This document shows, in pieces, positions 45,215-53,691 of a stretch of 64,000 bases of DNA. Both the position numbers and the translations under genes were made by a program. Each line of letters opens with the position of its first letter. The first letter of the stretch is position 1. Origin of the DNA: Rhodospirillaceae bacterium (GTDB lineage: Bacteria > Pseudomonadota > Alphaproteobacteria > Rhodospirillales > Rhodospirillaceae); contig CBDDHB010000002.1 of NCBI GenBank assembly GCA_965228165.1, forward strand, positions 708,449 to 772,448. The letters run 5' to 3'. The notes beneath the pieces are model-generated. The model had not been told where the DNA came from. It saw only the letters and a program-made list of their open reading frames with translations, and did not search any database.

Positions 45215-45244
45215 CGGAAAGGGAGCCGCAAGGCTCCCTTTCCG
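45215..45244 (+). terminator. Hairpin terminator after the small ORF
   Basis: CGGAAAGGGAGCC-GCAA-GGCTCCCTTTCCG, a 13-bp stem with a GNRA loop. Confidence 0.8.
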
Positions 45245-45270
45245 TTGGCGCGCCACGCCGCGAAGCCCCC

Positions 45271-45299
45271 TTGCACGCCCCGCCCGCCCGCGATACAAG
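45271..45299 (+). promoter_or_regulatory. Probable tRNA-Thr promoter
   Basis: TTGCAC-N17-TACAAG ending 13 nt before the tRNA. Confidence 0.5.
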
Positions 45300-45312
45300 C
45301 GGTCGAAAGCGC

Positions 45313-45388
45313 GCCGGTTTAGCTCAGCTGGTAGAGCACCTGATTTGTAATCAGGGGGTCGCGGGTTCGAACCCTGCAACCGGCACCA
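45313..45388 (+). tRNA. trnT: tRNA-Thr (TGT)
   Basis: GCCGGTTTAGCTCAGCTGGTAGAGCACCTGATTTGTAATCAGG...GGTTCGAACCCTGCAACCGGCACCA; 76 nt. Confidence 0.98.
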
Positions 45389-46325
45389 CACCCTCCTTCG
45401 CCGTGCCGACGCCCGCCGTCAGATGGTCGGCGAAGCGCAGCGCGGGGGGCGGCAGTTCGGCGAAATCCGGCGCATAGAGATTGAGCGCGCGCACCGCCCA
45501 GGCGTCGGAAAGCGCCACCGCCGCAAGGCCGGAGGCCGCGCCCAGGGCGCGGAACGCCCCATCCGGCATCACCCCGACGCCCAGACCGTTTTCAATCATC
45601 CGGCACATCGCGCTCAAGCCGTCCACTTCGATCCCCTGGCGCAGCGCGCGGCGGGACCGCCGCGCCGCGCGGGACAAGGTTTCCTGCACGCTGCCGCTGC
45701 CGCGCAGGCCGATCTGTTCAAAGTCCAGGGTCTCGGCGAAGGCGATCCCGCTCCGCGCCGCCAGGGGATGGCCGGGGGGCGTCACCAGCACCAGGCGCTC
45801 GACGCGATAGGGCCGAGCCATCAGATCGGCGTTGCCCTCGGTCGGATTGCAGATGCCGATGTCGGCCTCGCGGGCGCGCACCCGCTCCGCCACCGCGCGG
45901 CTGGTACCCTGGATCAGGTCGATGCGAATGTCGGGGTGACGGCGGCGGAAGGCCGCGATCTCGCCGGGCAGAAACTGCTCCACCGCCGAGGCGGAGGCCG
46001 CCACCCGCACCCGCCCCCGCACCCCCGCCGCGCATTCCAGCAGGTCGCCGCGCAGGTGCTCCACCTCCAGCAGGATGGTCTGGGCGCGACACAACAGACG
46101 TTCGCCCGCCGGGGTGGGGCGTACCCCGCGCGCGTGCCGGACCAGAAGCGGCGCGCCCGCCGCCGCCTCCAGTTCGGCGATGCGCTTGCTCACCGCCGAG
46201 GCGGCCAGACCGCCCTGACGCGCCGCCGCCGCGATGCTGCCGCCCTCGGCGATCAGCACGAACAGGTCCAGCGTCCCCAGGTCCAGACGCCGGACGAAAT
46301 TGCGCAAACGCGTCGTCTCGGTCAT
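45351..46325 (-). CDS. LysR-family transcriptional regulator; 3' end overlaps tRNA-Thr antisense
   Basis: HTH LDLGTLDLFVLIAEGGSIAAAA...SAVSKRIAELE, followed by a LysR substrate-binding domain. Confidence 0.9.
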   Translation of the reverse strand: MTETTRLRNFVRRLDLGTLDLFVLIAEGGSIAAAARQGGLAASAVSKRIAELEAAAGAPLLVRHARGVRPTPAGERLLCRAQTILLEVEHLRGDLLECAAGVRGRVRVAASASAVEQFLPGEIAAFRRRHPDIRIDLIQGTSRAVAERVRAREADIGICNPTEGNADLMARPYRVERLVLVTPPGHPLAARSGIAFAETLDFEQIGLRGSGSVQETLSRAARRSRRALRQGIEVDGLSAMCRMIENGLGVGVMPDGAFRALGAASGLAAVALSDAWAVRALNLYAPDFAELPPPALRFADHLTAGVGTAKEGVVPVAGFEPATP

Positions 46326-46457
46326 TCGTATCCTCCGGCCATCGCGAATTGGAACGACTGAGCGGAATTATTACCACTTCTCCGCCCAGCTTGTCCTGCA
46401 TAGCATTCCGTTTTTCGATGGCTGGTCGCGTGGGCCGGCCCGGCAGGGAGTTCGCCG

Positions 46458-47019
46458 ATGATTCTGTCCGCCTCCGCCTCGGCGCGTCTGGCCCGGGGGC
46501 TCACCGGCCTCGGCGCGGTGCACGTCGCCGAGGAGCAACCCTTCTTCTACACCTCGGGCTGGGCCAGTCCGGTCTACGTCGATGCCCGCGCCCTGATCTC
46601 CGACGTCGCCGTCCGAACCAAGATCATGGACCTGACCGCCGACGCCCTGCGCCCCCTGGTGGCGCGGCAGGGGATCAACGCGGTGGTCGGGATGGAGAAT
46701 TCCGGCATCGCCTTCGCCGCCTGGATCGCCGAGCGCCTGCGCCTACCCATGCTGTATCTGCGCAAGCGTCCGATCGGCTGGGGGGGTGCGCGCCCAGTTG
46801 GAGGGCCGCCTGCCGGAGGACGCCCTCGTCCTTTTGATCGACGACGTCACCACCGACGGCCTGTCCAAGATCGCGGCGGCGAGCGCCCTGCGCCAGACCG
46901 GCACCCGCATCGACGACACCCTGGTGCTGGTCGCCTTCGACGTCTATCCGCGCACCGCCGCCCGCTTCGCCGCCGATCCGGTCGCCTGGTCGATCGAACA
47001 CGGCGGGGTCGGCGCATGA
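46458..47019 (+). pseudogene. Orotate-PRTase (pyrE-like) type I phosphoribosyltransferase, frameshifted at G7 46780-46786
   Basis: FFYTSGWASPVYVD and YLRKRPIGWG in frame 1. RAQLEG...LLIDDVTTDG (PRPP loop)...WSIEHGG follows in the next frame, and its TGA overlaps the downstream ATG. Confidence 0.75.
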
Positions 47020-48278
47020 ACCGGCCCATGTCTTCCGCCGACGCCCTGCTGGCCGAGCGCATCTTTTCCGAAATCGCCGAACTCAGCCGCGACCGACCCG
47101 GCATCTCGCGCGAAAGCTTCGGCGCTGGGGAAACCCGCGCCCTGGAGGCGACCGCCCGCATCGCCGCAGAAATCGGCCTTGCCTGCGAATTCGACGCCTA
47201 TCGCAATCTGTGGATGCGCCTGCCCGAGGAGGAACGAACCGACCCGCCGGTGGCGATCGGCTCGCACCTGGATTCGGTGCCGCACGGCGGCAACTTCGAC
47301 GGCCTTGCCGGGGTCGCCGCCGGAATGATGGTCCTGGCGCGGTATCGCGGTCGCGCCAACGACGCCCCGCCGCTCCGCGCCCTGGCCCTGCGCGGCGAGG
47401 AAAGCGCCTGGTACGGCAAGGCCTATATCGGTTCGCAGGCGCTGCTCGGGGAACTGCCGCAAAGCGCCCTCGCCCTGACCCATCGCGGCGGCGCGGGTAC
47501 CCTGGGCGAGGCGATGGTCCGCCTGGGCATCGACGCCGAGGCGGTCGCCGCCGGAACTCCGCTGATCCGCAAGGGCGACCTCGCCGCCTATCTGGAACTG
47601 CACATCGAACAAGGGCCGGTGATGGTGGCGCGCGACTGGCCGGTCGCCCTGGTCACCGGCATCCGGGGCAACCTGCGCCACGCTGCGGTGCGCTGCCTCG
47701 GCGAGGCCGGACACTCCGGCGCGGTGCCGCGCTGGCTGCGCAAGGACGCGGTGCTGGCCACCGCCGATCTGCTGTCGCGGATGGACGAACACTGGCGGGT
47801 GCTGTTGCAGATGGGTATGGACCTGGTGATGACCGCTGGGATCTGCACCACCCTGGCCGACACCCACGCGGTTTCGGTGATCCCCGGCGAGACCCGCTTC
47901 AGCCTGGAAATCCGCAGCCAGGACGCGGCGACGATGGAGCGCTTCTATGACCTGACGCGCGAGGAATGCCGCGCCGTGGAAAAGGCGCGCGGAGTGTCCT
48001 TCGCCTTCGATCCACGCATCGACACCGCGCCCGCGGTGATGGACGCCGCCTGGATGGATCGCATCGCCGCCGCCGCCGGACGCCTGTCGCTGCCCTTGGA
48101 ACGCACCCCCAGCGGCGCGGGGCACGACGCGGCGGTGTTCGCCAACGCCGGAATCCCGTCCGCCATGGTCTTCGTGCGCAACGCCAACGGCTCGCAAAAC
48201 CCGCGCGAGGCGATGGAGATTTCCGACTTCCTGAAAGGGGTGGACCTGCTGACCGAAAGCGTGCGGCGCGTGGACTGA
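47016..48278 (+). CDS. M20-family Zn amidohydrolase (N-carbamoyl-L-amino acid/allantoate amidohydrolase-like)
   Basis: GSHLDSVPHGGNFDG, GEE, ELHIEQGP, SGAGHDA. The C-terminal SH motif reads SQ. Confidence 0.85.
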   Translation: MNRPMSSADALLAERIFSEIAELSRDRPGISRESFGAGETRALEATARIAAEIGLACEFDAYRNLWMRLPEEERTDPPVAIGSHLDSVPHGGNFDGLAGVAAGMMVLARYRGRANDAPPLRALALRGEESAWYGKAYIGSQALLGELPQSALALTHRGGAGTLGEAMVRLGIDAEAVAAGTPLIRKGDLAAYLELHIEQGPVMVARDWPVALVTGIRGNLRHAAVRCLGEAGHSGAVPRWLRKDAVLATADLLSRMDEHWRVLLQMGMDLVMTAGICTTLADTHAVSVIPGETRFSLEIRSQDAATMERFYDLTREECRAVEKARGVSFAFDPRIDTAPAVMDAAWMDRIAAAAGRLSLPLERTPSGAGHDAAVFANAGIPSAMVFVRNANGSQNPREAMEISDFLKGVDLLTESVRRVD

Positions 48279-48284
48279 CGACGG

Positions 48285-49679
48285 CTAGCCGATGCGGACG
48301 CAGTTGCGCCCGTCGTCCTTGGCCGAATAGAGCGCGGCGTCGGCGCGCCGCAGCAGGGCGTCCTCCTCGTCGCCCGGCGAGAAGGCGGCGACCCCGGCGC
48401 TGACGGTGTGCCGCCGCCCGTCGGGAAATTCCGCCGCCTCCACCGCCTCGCGGATGCGCTCGGCGACGCGCAGCGCCTCGTACTGCGCGGTCTCCGGACA
48501 CAGGACCAGGAACTCCTCGCCGCCCCAGCGGCCCGCGATGTCGATTCCGCGCACCGTGTCGCGGATCAGACGCGCCACCTCGACCAGGACGCGGTCGCCC
48601 ATCAGGTGCCCCATCCCATCGTTGACCGACTTGAAACGATCGATGTCGAGCATCACCAGGGCCAGATCGCGGCGGTGGCGCTGCGCGCGCTTCACCTCGC
48701 GGGTCAGGTGGGCGTCGATGGTGCCGCGATTGGGCAGGCCGGTCAGCTTATCGGTTTCCGAAATATGCCGCAGTTCCCGGTTCAAACGATTAAGCCGGGC
48801 GAAGTGATAGGCGGCGATCAGCGCCAGCACCGCGAAGCCGCCGACCACCTGGAAGACCAGAGTGTAATTCACCCCGGTCTGCACCTGGATCGAGACATGG
48901 CGGTTGACGACCTCCCCCACCTCGCGCGGGGAGATCGAGCCCACCCCCTTGTTCAACACCCGGCGCAGCATCGGTTCGCCCTTGACCACGCCGATGCGCA
49001 ACTGGTTGACGTAATCCGGCAACTGCCCGGCGATCTTCAGGTTGAACAGGCCCTCGCGTTTGATCGTATAGGCGGCGACGATCAGCGACCGCATCGTCAT
49101 GTCGGCCTTGCGCGCCGAGACCAGGGCGATCGCCTCGTCCTCGCTTTCCGCCCGGATCACCGCGAGATTGGGATAGTCGCGGCGGATGCGTTCCTCCATC
49201 GCGGTGCCGACCGGAAAGACGATGCTTTCCCCCGACAGCCGCGCCGGGTCGGAGATGAAGTCGTGCTCCTCCCGCGTGATGAAGACGTTGGGGTCGGTGA
49301 AGATCGGATCGGTGAAGATCAGCCAGGCGTCCCGCGCCTCGGTGCGGTTGAGAAAGGGAAGGATGCGGCAACGCCCGGCGCGCGAGGCGACAAGGCTTTC
49401 CGCCCAATCGACGGTGCGCACCAGATCGAGGGACAGGCCAACCCGCGAGACCGCCAGACGGACGAGGTCGGCGCCGATCCCCTGATGAACGCCGTCGCGG
49501 TCGATCCACTCGAAGGGCGGCCAATCCGGATCGACGCACAGCGACACCCGGGGATGGGCGCGCACATAGGCCGCCTCGGCGGGGGACAGATCGACCCCCT
49601 GCGCCCGCACGGCGCAGGGCAGCGCCAGCCATGCCGCCAGCACCAACCACAGGCCCGATCTCGCGCGATTGCCGTTCAT
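48285..49679 (-). CDS. Diguanylate cyclase with periplasmic solute-binding (family-3-like) sensor
   Basis: Signal peptide, VDPDWPPFE PBP domain, one TM, DKLTGLPNR, DIDRFKSVND, I-site RGID and RWGGEEF. Confidence 0.9.
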   Translation of the reverse strand: MNGNRARSGLWLVLAAWLALPCAVRAQGVDLSPAEAAYVRAHPRVSLCVDPDWPPFEWIDRDGVHQGIGADLVRLAVSRVGLSLDLVRTVDWAESLVASRAGRCRILPFLNRTEARDAWLIFTDPIFTDPNVFITREEHDFISDPARLSGESIVFPVGTAMEERIRRDYPNLAVIRAESEDEAIALVSARKADMTMRSLIVAAYTIKREGLFNLKIAGQLPDYVNQLRIGVVKGEPMLRRVLNKGVGSISPREVGEVVNRHVSIQVQTGVNYTLVFQVVGGFAVLALIAAYHFARLNRLNRELRHISETDKLTGLPNRGTIDAHLTREVKRAQRHRRDLALVMLDIDRFKSVNDGMGHLMGDRVLVEVARLIRDTVRGIDIAGRWGGEEFLVLCPETAQYEALRVAERIREAVEAAEFPDGRRHTVSAGVAAFSPGDEEDALLRRADAALYSAKDDGRNCVRIG

Positions 49680-49739
49680 TCCGTCTCCCGGTCGCGAACG
49701 CGGACCCCAAGTTCGTATGTGGTCAGCCGCCCGGCGCGA

Positions 49740-50651
49740 TCAACCGCCCCCGGCCGCGTCGCCGACCGCGCGCAGCAGGGCGAGAAAGGCGCGATTGAGC
49801 GGCGTCGGCACCCCCAGGCGATCCCCGGCGGCGACGATCGCCCCGGTCAACGCCTCGATTTCCAAAGGCCGACCCGCCAGCCGGTCGAAATACATCGAGG
49901 TCCCCGCCTCCGGCGGATAGGTCAGAAGCACCTCCATGATCCGCGCCGCCTCGTCCGGCGCAAGGTCCGCGCCATCGGCCCGACCGACCGACGCCGCTTC
50001 CTCCAGCACCGCCAGGCACAGGGCGTGAACGTCGGCGCGGCGGAACACCGCCTGTCGTTGCAGGGTCAACGCAGTCACCGGATTGGCCACCGCGTTGATC
50101 AGAAGCTTGCGCCAGGACAAGGTGACGAAGTCGGGGCTGGTCAGAATGCGCATCGGCGTTCCCTCCAGCAGTTCGGCGAAGGCGCGACCGTCGGCGTCGT
50201 CGCGCACCGCCAGATCGTGGATCCCGGCGCGGCGGAAACGCATGTGGTCCGGCGCGAAGCGTTCGCCGTTGTAATAGACCACCACCGGAACCACCGTCGC
50301 CCCGCCGACCAGAGGGGCCAGCCGTTCGGCGTGGCCGATGCCGTTCTGCATCGCCGCGACGCGAGTCCGCGGGCCGCACAGGCGGGCCAACCAGGGCGCG
50401 ACGGAAGCGGTCTGCTGCACCTTGGTGACCAGAAGAACCCAATCCACCGGCTCCGCCCGCGCCGGATCGGTCAGACAGACCACCGGCACGTCGATGCGGT
50501 CGTCCGGGCGCTCCACGTCCAGGCGGGCGACCGGCTGCCGCACGCAAGCCACCACCTCGTGCCGCCCGGCGGCGATCAGCGAACCGGCGATCACCCCGCC
50601 GATGCTGCCCAGCCCCACCACGGCGACCCGCGATTCCCTTCGATCCGACAT
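49740..50651 (-). CDS. 2-dehydropantoate 2-reductase (PanE/ApbA) family oxidoreductase
   Basis: VGLGSIGG, LLVTK, QNG, WRKLLINA, TSMYFD...LEIEALTG. Confidence 0.85.
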   Translation of the reverse strand: MSDRRESRVAVVGLGSIGGVIAGSLIAAGRHEVVACVRQPVARLDVERPDDRIDVPVVCLTDPARAEPVDWVLLVTKVQQTASVAPWLARLCGPRTRVAAMQNGIGHAERLAPLVGGATVVPVVVYYNGERFAPDHMRFRRAGIHDLAVRDDADGRAFAELLEGTPMRILTSPDFVTLSWRKLLINAVANPVTALTLQRQAVFRRADVHALCLAVLEEAASVGRADGADLAPDEAARIMEVLLTYPPEAGTSMYFDRLAGRPLEIEALTGAIVAAGDRLGVPTPLNRAFLALLRAVGDAAGGG

Positions 50652-50673
50652 GATATCCCGTCCTTGCAGGCCG

Positions 50674-51492
50674 TCAGGCGTTGAGGCGCTGCTTCTCCTG
50701 GCGATGCAGGATGAACCCGGCGATCAGGATGGCGACGGTGACGATGCAGACGATGATCGTCGCCAGCGCGTTGATCTGCGGGCTGCCCCCCAGGCGCACC
50801 GACGAATACACCGCCATCGGCAGGGTCGAGGCGCCGGGGCCGGAAACGAAGTTGGCGATCACCAGATCGTCGAGCGACAGGGTGAAGGCGAGCAGCCATC
50901 CCGCCACCAGGGCGGGAGCGATCACCGGCACGGTGATGACGAAGAACACCTTGGCCGGACGCGCGCCGAGGTCGAGAGCCGCCTCTTCGATCGAGACGTC
51001 CATCTGCGACAGGCGGGACTGGATGACCACGGTGACATAGGCCATCGAGAACGTCAGGTGCGCGATGGTGATGGTGGTCATCCCCCGCGTCTCGGGCCAG
51101 CCGATCAGGTTCTGCATGGCGACGAACAGCATCAGGAGCGACAGACCGGTGATCACCTCGGGCATCACCAGGGGCGCGGTGATCAGGGTGGTGAAGGCGG
51201 TGCATCCCCGGAAGCGGCCGAAGCGCGCCAGGACCAGCCCGGCCAAGGTCCCCAGCACCACCGCGCCGGTGGCGTTCATCACCGCGATCTTCAGGCTGAG
51301 CCAGGCGGCGGAGAGAATCTGGTCGTTCTCCATCAGCGCGCCGTACCACTTGGTGGAGAATCCCGCCCACACCGTGACCAGCCGCGATTCGTTGAAGGAA
51401 TAGACGATCAGCGAAAAAATCGGCACGTACAGGAAGGCGTAGCCGAACGCCAACACCGAAAACAGCGCGAAGGACCGCCAGCCTCGAACCAT
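50674..51492 (-). CDS. potI: Putrescine ABC transporter permease
   Basis: YSFNES, PLVMPEVITG, EAALDLGA, FTLSLDD. Confidence 0.9.
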   Translation of the reverse strand: MVRGWRSFALFSVLAFGYAFLYVPIFSLIVYSFNESRLVTVWAGFSTKWYGALMENDQILSAAWLSLKIAVMNATGAVVLGTLAGLVLARFGRFRGCTAFTTLITAPLVMPEVITGLSLLMLFVAMQNLIGWPETRGMTTITIAHLTFSMAYVTVVIQSRLSQMDVSIEEAALDLGARPAKVFFVITVPVIAPALVAGWLLAFTLSLDDLVIANFVSGPGASTLPMAVYSSVRLGGSPQINALATIIVCIVTVAILIAGFILHRQEKQRLNA

Positions 51493-52520
51493 CAGAGCCT
51501 CTCCTCCGCCTTCTTGGCGCTTTCTTCCTGCGCCTTCTGGAACCGCACGATCGGCACCACCAGCAACAGCAGGGTCGCCACCGCCACCGCCGAGGCCACC
51601 GGCCAGTCCTTGTTGGCGAAGAATTCGGTCCACAGGACCTTGCCGATCATCAGGGTGTTGGGGCCGCCCAGAAGGTCGGGGATGACGAACTCGCCGACCG
51701 AGGGGATGAACACCAGCATCGACCCCGCCACCACCCCCGGCATGGAGAGCGGCAGGGTGATGGTCAAAAACGCCTTGCCCGGACGGCAACCCAGGTCGGC
51801 GGCGGCCTCCAGCAGGGATTCGTCCATCCGCGACAAGGTGGCGTACAGCGGCAGCACCATGAACGGCAGATAGGAATAGACGATCCCCACCAGCACCGAA
51901 AAATCGGTGTGCATCAGGGGCAAGGGCTCGTCGATCAGGCCCAGCCAGATCAGGAAGTTGTTCAACAGACCGTTGTTCTTGAGAATGCCGATCCAGGCGT
52001 AGACGCGGATCAGGAACGAGGTCCAGAACGGCAGGATGATCAGCATCAACAGCGGCACCCGCCATTCCGCCTTGGCCTTGGCGATGGCATAGGCCATGGG
52101 ATAGCCCAGCACCAGACAGGCGGCGGTGCCGATCGCGGCAATGCGCAGCGAGTTCAGGTACGCCGACCAGTGGAGGCTGTCCTCGGCCAGCATCATGTAG
52201 TTCTGGAAGTTGAGGCGCAGCATCATCATGCCGTCCTCCGCCCAGGTCAGCAGCGGCGTATAGGGCGGCTGGGCGATCACCGCCTGGGAGAAGCTGATCT
52301 TCACCACCACCAGGAACGGCAGGCCGAAGAACAACAGCAGCCACAGGAACGGCACGGCGGTGACCATGGCGCGGCCCCACGACACCGTGCCCATCGCCAG
52401 GCCGCGCACCCGCGCGACGAAGGAAATCCCCAACAGCCAACGCCAGAGATAGCCGAGAATGGTGGGCGAGGCCGCTCCCTCCGGCCCCGAGATCGGGGAA
52501 GGCACGGGGGGCGGCATCAT
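51492..52520 (-). CDS. potH: Putrescine ABC transporter permease
   Basis: GYPMAY, PFWTSFLIRVY, EAAADLG, GEFVIPDLLGG. Confidence 0.9.
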   Translation of the reverse strand: MMPPPVPSPISGPEGAASPTILGYLWRWLLGISFVARVRGLAMGTVSWGRAMVTAVPFLWLLLFFGLPFLVVVKISFSQAVIAQPPYTPLLTWAEDGMMMLRLNFQNYMMLAEDSLHWSAYLNSLRIAAIGTAACLVLGYPMAYAIAKAKAEWRVPLLMLIILPFWTSFLIRVYAWIGILKNNGLLNNFLIWLGLIDEPLPLMHTDFSVLVGIVYSYLPFMVLPLYATLSRMDESLLEAAADLGCRPGKAFLTITLPLSMPGVVAGSMLVFIPSVGEFVIPDLLGGPNTLMIGKVLWTEFFANKDWPVASAVAVATLLLLVVPIVRFQKAQEESAKKAEERL

Positions 52521-53665
52521 GATTGCAGCACCACGCCGTTTTCCGGCTCCCAGGTCAGCCAGACCTCCTGTTCCCAGGTCATCGGCGAACTGGTCAGGCG
52601 GGCAAGGTTGGTCAACTGCACGTGCACCAGGGTCTTGTTGGGCAGGGCGACGTAATAGATCGACACGTCGCCGAGATAGGCGATTTCCGACACCACGCCG
52701 CGCAGGACGTTGGCGTCCTTGTCCGGCTTGACGTCGGTGACGATCATCTTTTCCGGACGCAGGGCGACGGAGACCGGGGTGCCCGCGGTCAGGGGCTCGC
52801 CGTGGGCGATCGCCATGTTGGCGCCGACCTCGTCGCAGTGGATGAACAAAAGCCCGTCGTCGCTGCCGGTGACCCGGCCGTCGAACAGATTGACCGAACC
52901 GATGAAGTCGGCGACGTAGCGAGTCGCCGGGTATTCGTAGATGGTCGAGGGACTGCCGACTTGCAGGATACGGCCTTCGTCCATCACCGCGATGCGGGTG
53001 GACATGGTCATCGCCTCCTCCTGGTCGTGGGTGACCATGATGAAGGTGGTGCCCAACTGTTCCTGGATGTTGACCAGTTCGAACTGGGTGTGCTCGCGCA
53101 GCTTCTTGTCGAGAGCCCCCAGGGGCTCGTCCAGCAGCAGAAGGCGCGGGTGCTTGGCGAGCGACCGGGCAAGGGCGACGCGCTGCCGCTGTCCGCCCGA
53201 CAACTGGTGCGGGCGGCGCTTGGCATAGGGCTCCAAACGGACCAGACGCAGCATCTCGGCGACGCGCTCCTTGATCTGCGCCTTGGTCGCGCCTTCCTGC
53301 TTCAACCCGAAGGCGATGTTCTGTTCCACCGTCATGTGGGGGAACAGGGCATAGGACTGGAACATCATGTTGACCGGACGGCGATAGGGCGGAATCAACG
53401 TCGAATCCGCCCCATCGATAATGATCCGTCCGGAATCCGGGGTCTCGAGGCCCGCCAGCATGCGCAAAAGCGTGGTCTTGCCGCATCCGGACGCCCCCAG
53501 GAGCGAGAAGAACTCGCCCTGGTAGACCTCCAGGCTGATGCCGTCCACCGCATAGTGGGAACCGAAGGCCTTGGTCACGTTCTCGATCTGAACGATCGGG
53601 CGGGCCTTCGGATCCTGCCAGGACTCGAGATTCTGCGAGGCGCGTGCCCCCTGTGCTACCGGCAT
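52517..53665 (-). CDS. potG: Putrescine ABC transporter ATPase
   Basis: GASGCGKTT, LSGGQRQR, LLLDEP, TOBE domain. Confidence 0.92.
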   Translation of the reverse strand: MPVAQGARASQNLESWQDPKARPIVQIENVTKAFGSHYAVDGISLEVYQGEFFSLLGASGCGKTTLLRMLAGLETPDSGRIIIDGADSTLIPPYRRPVNMMFQSYALFPHMTVEQNIAFGLKQEGATKAQIKERVAEMLRLVRLEPYAKRRPHQLSGGQRQRVALARSLAKHPRLLLLDEPLGALDKKLREHTQFELVNIQEQLGTTFIMVTHDQEEAMTMSTRIAVMDEGRILQVGSPSTIYEYPATRYVADFIGSVNLFDGRVTGSDDGLLFIHCDEVGANMAIAHGEPLTAGTPVSVALRPEKMIVTDVKPDKDANVLRGVVSEIAYLGDVSIYYVALPNKTLVHVQLTNLARLTSSPMTWEQEVWLTWEPENGVVLQS

Positions 53666-53691
53666 GCTGCCTCCCCCCGGTTACGACGTTG

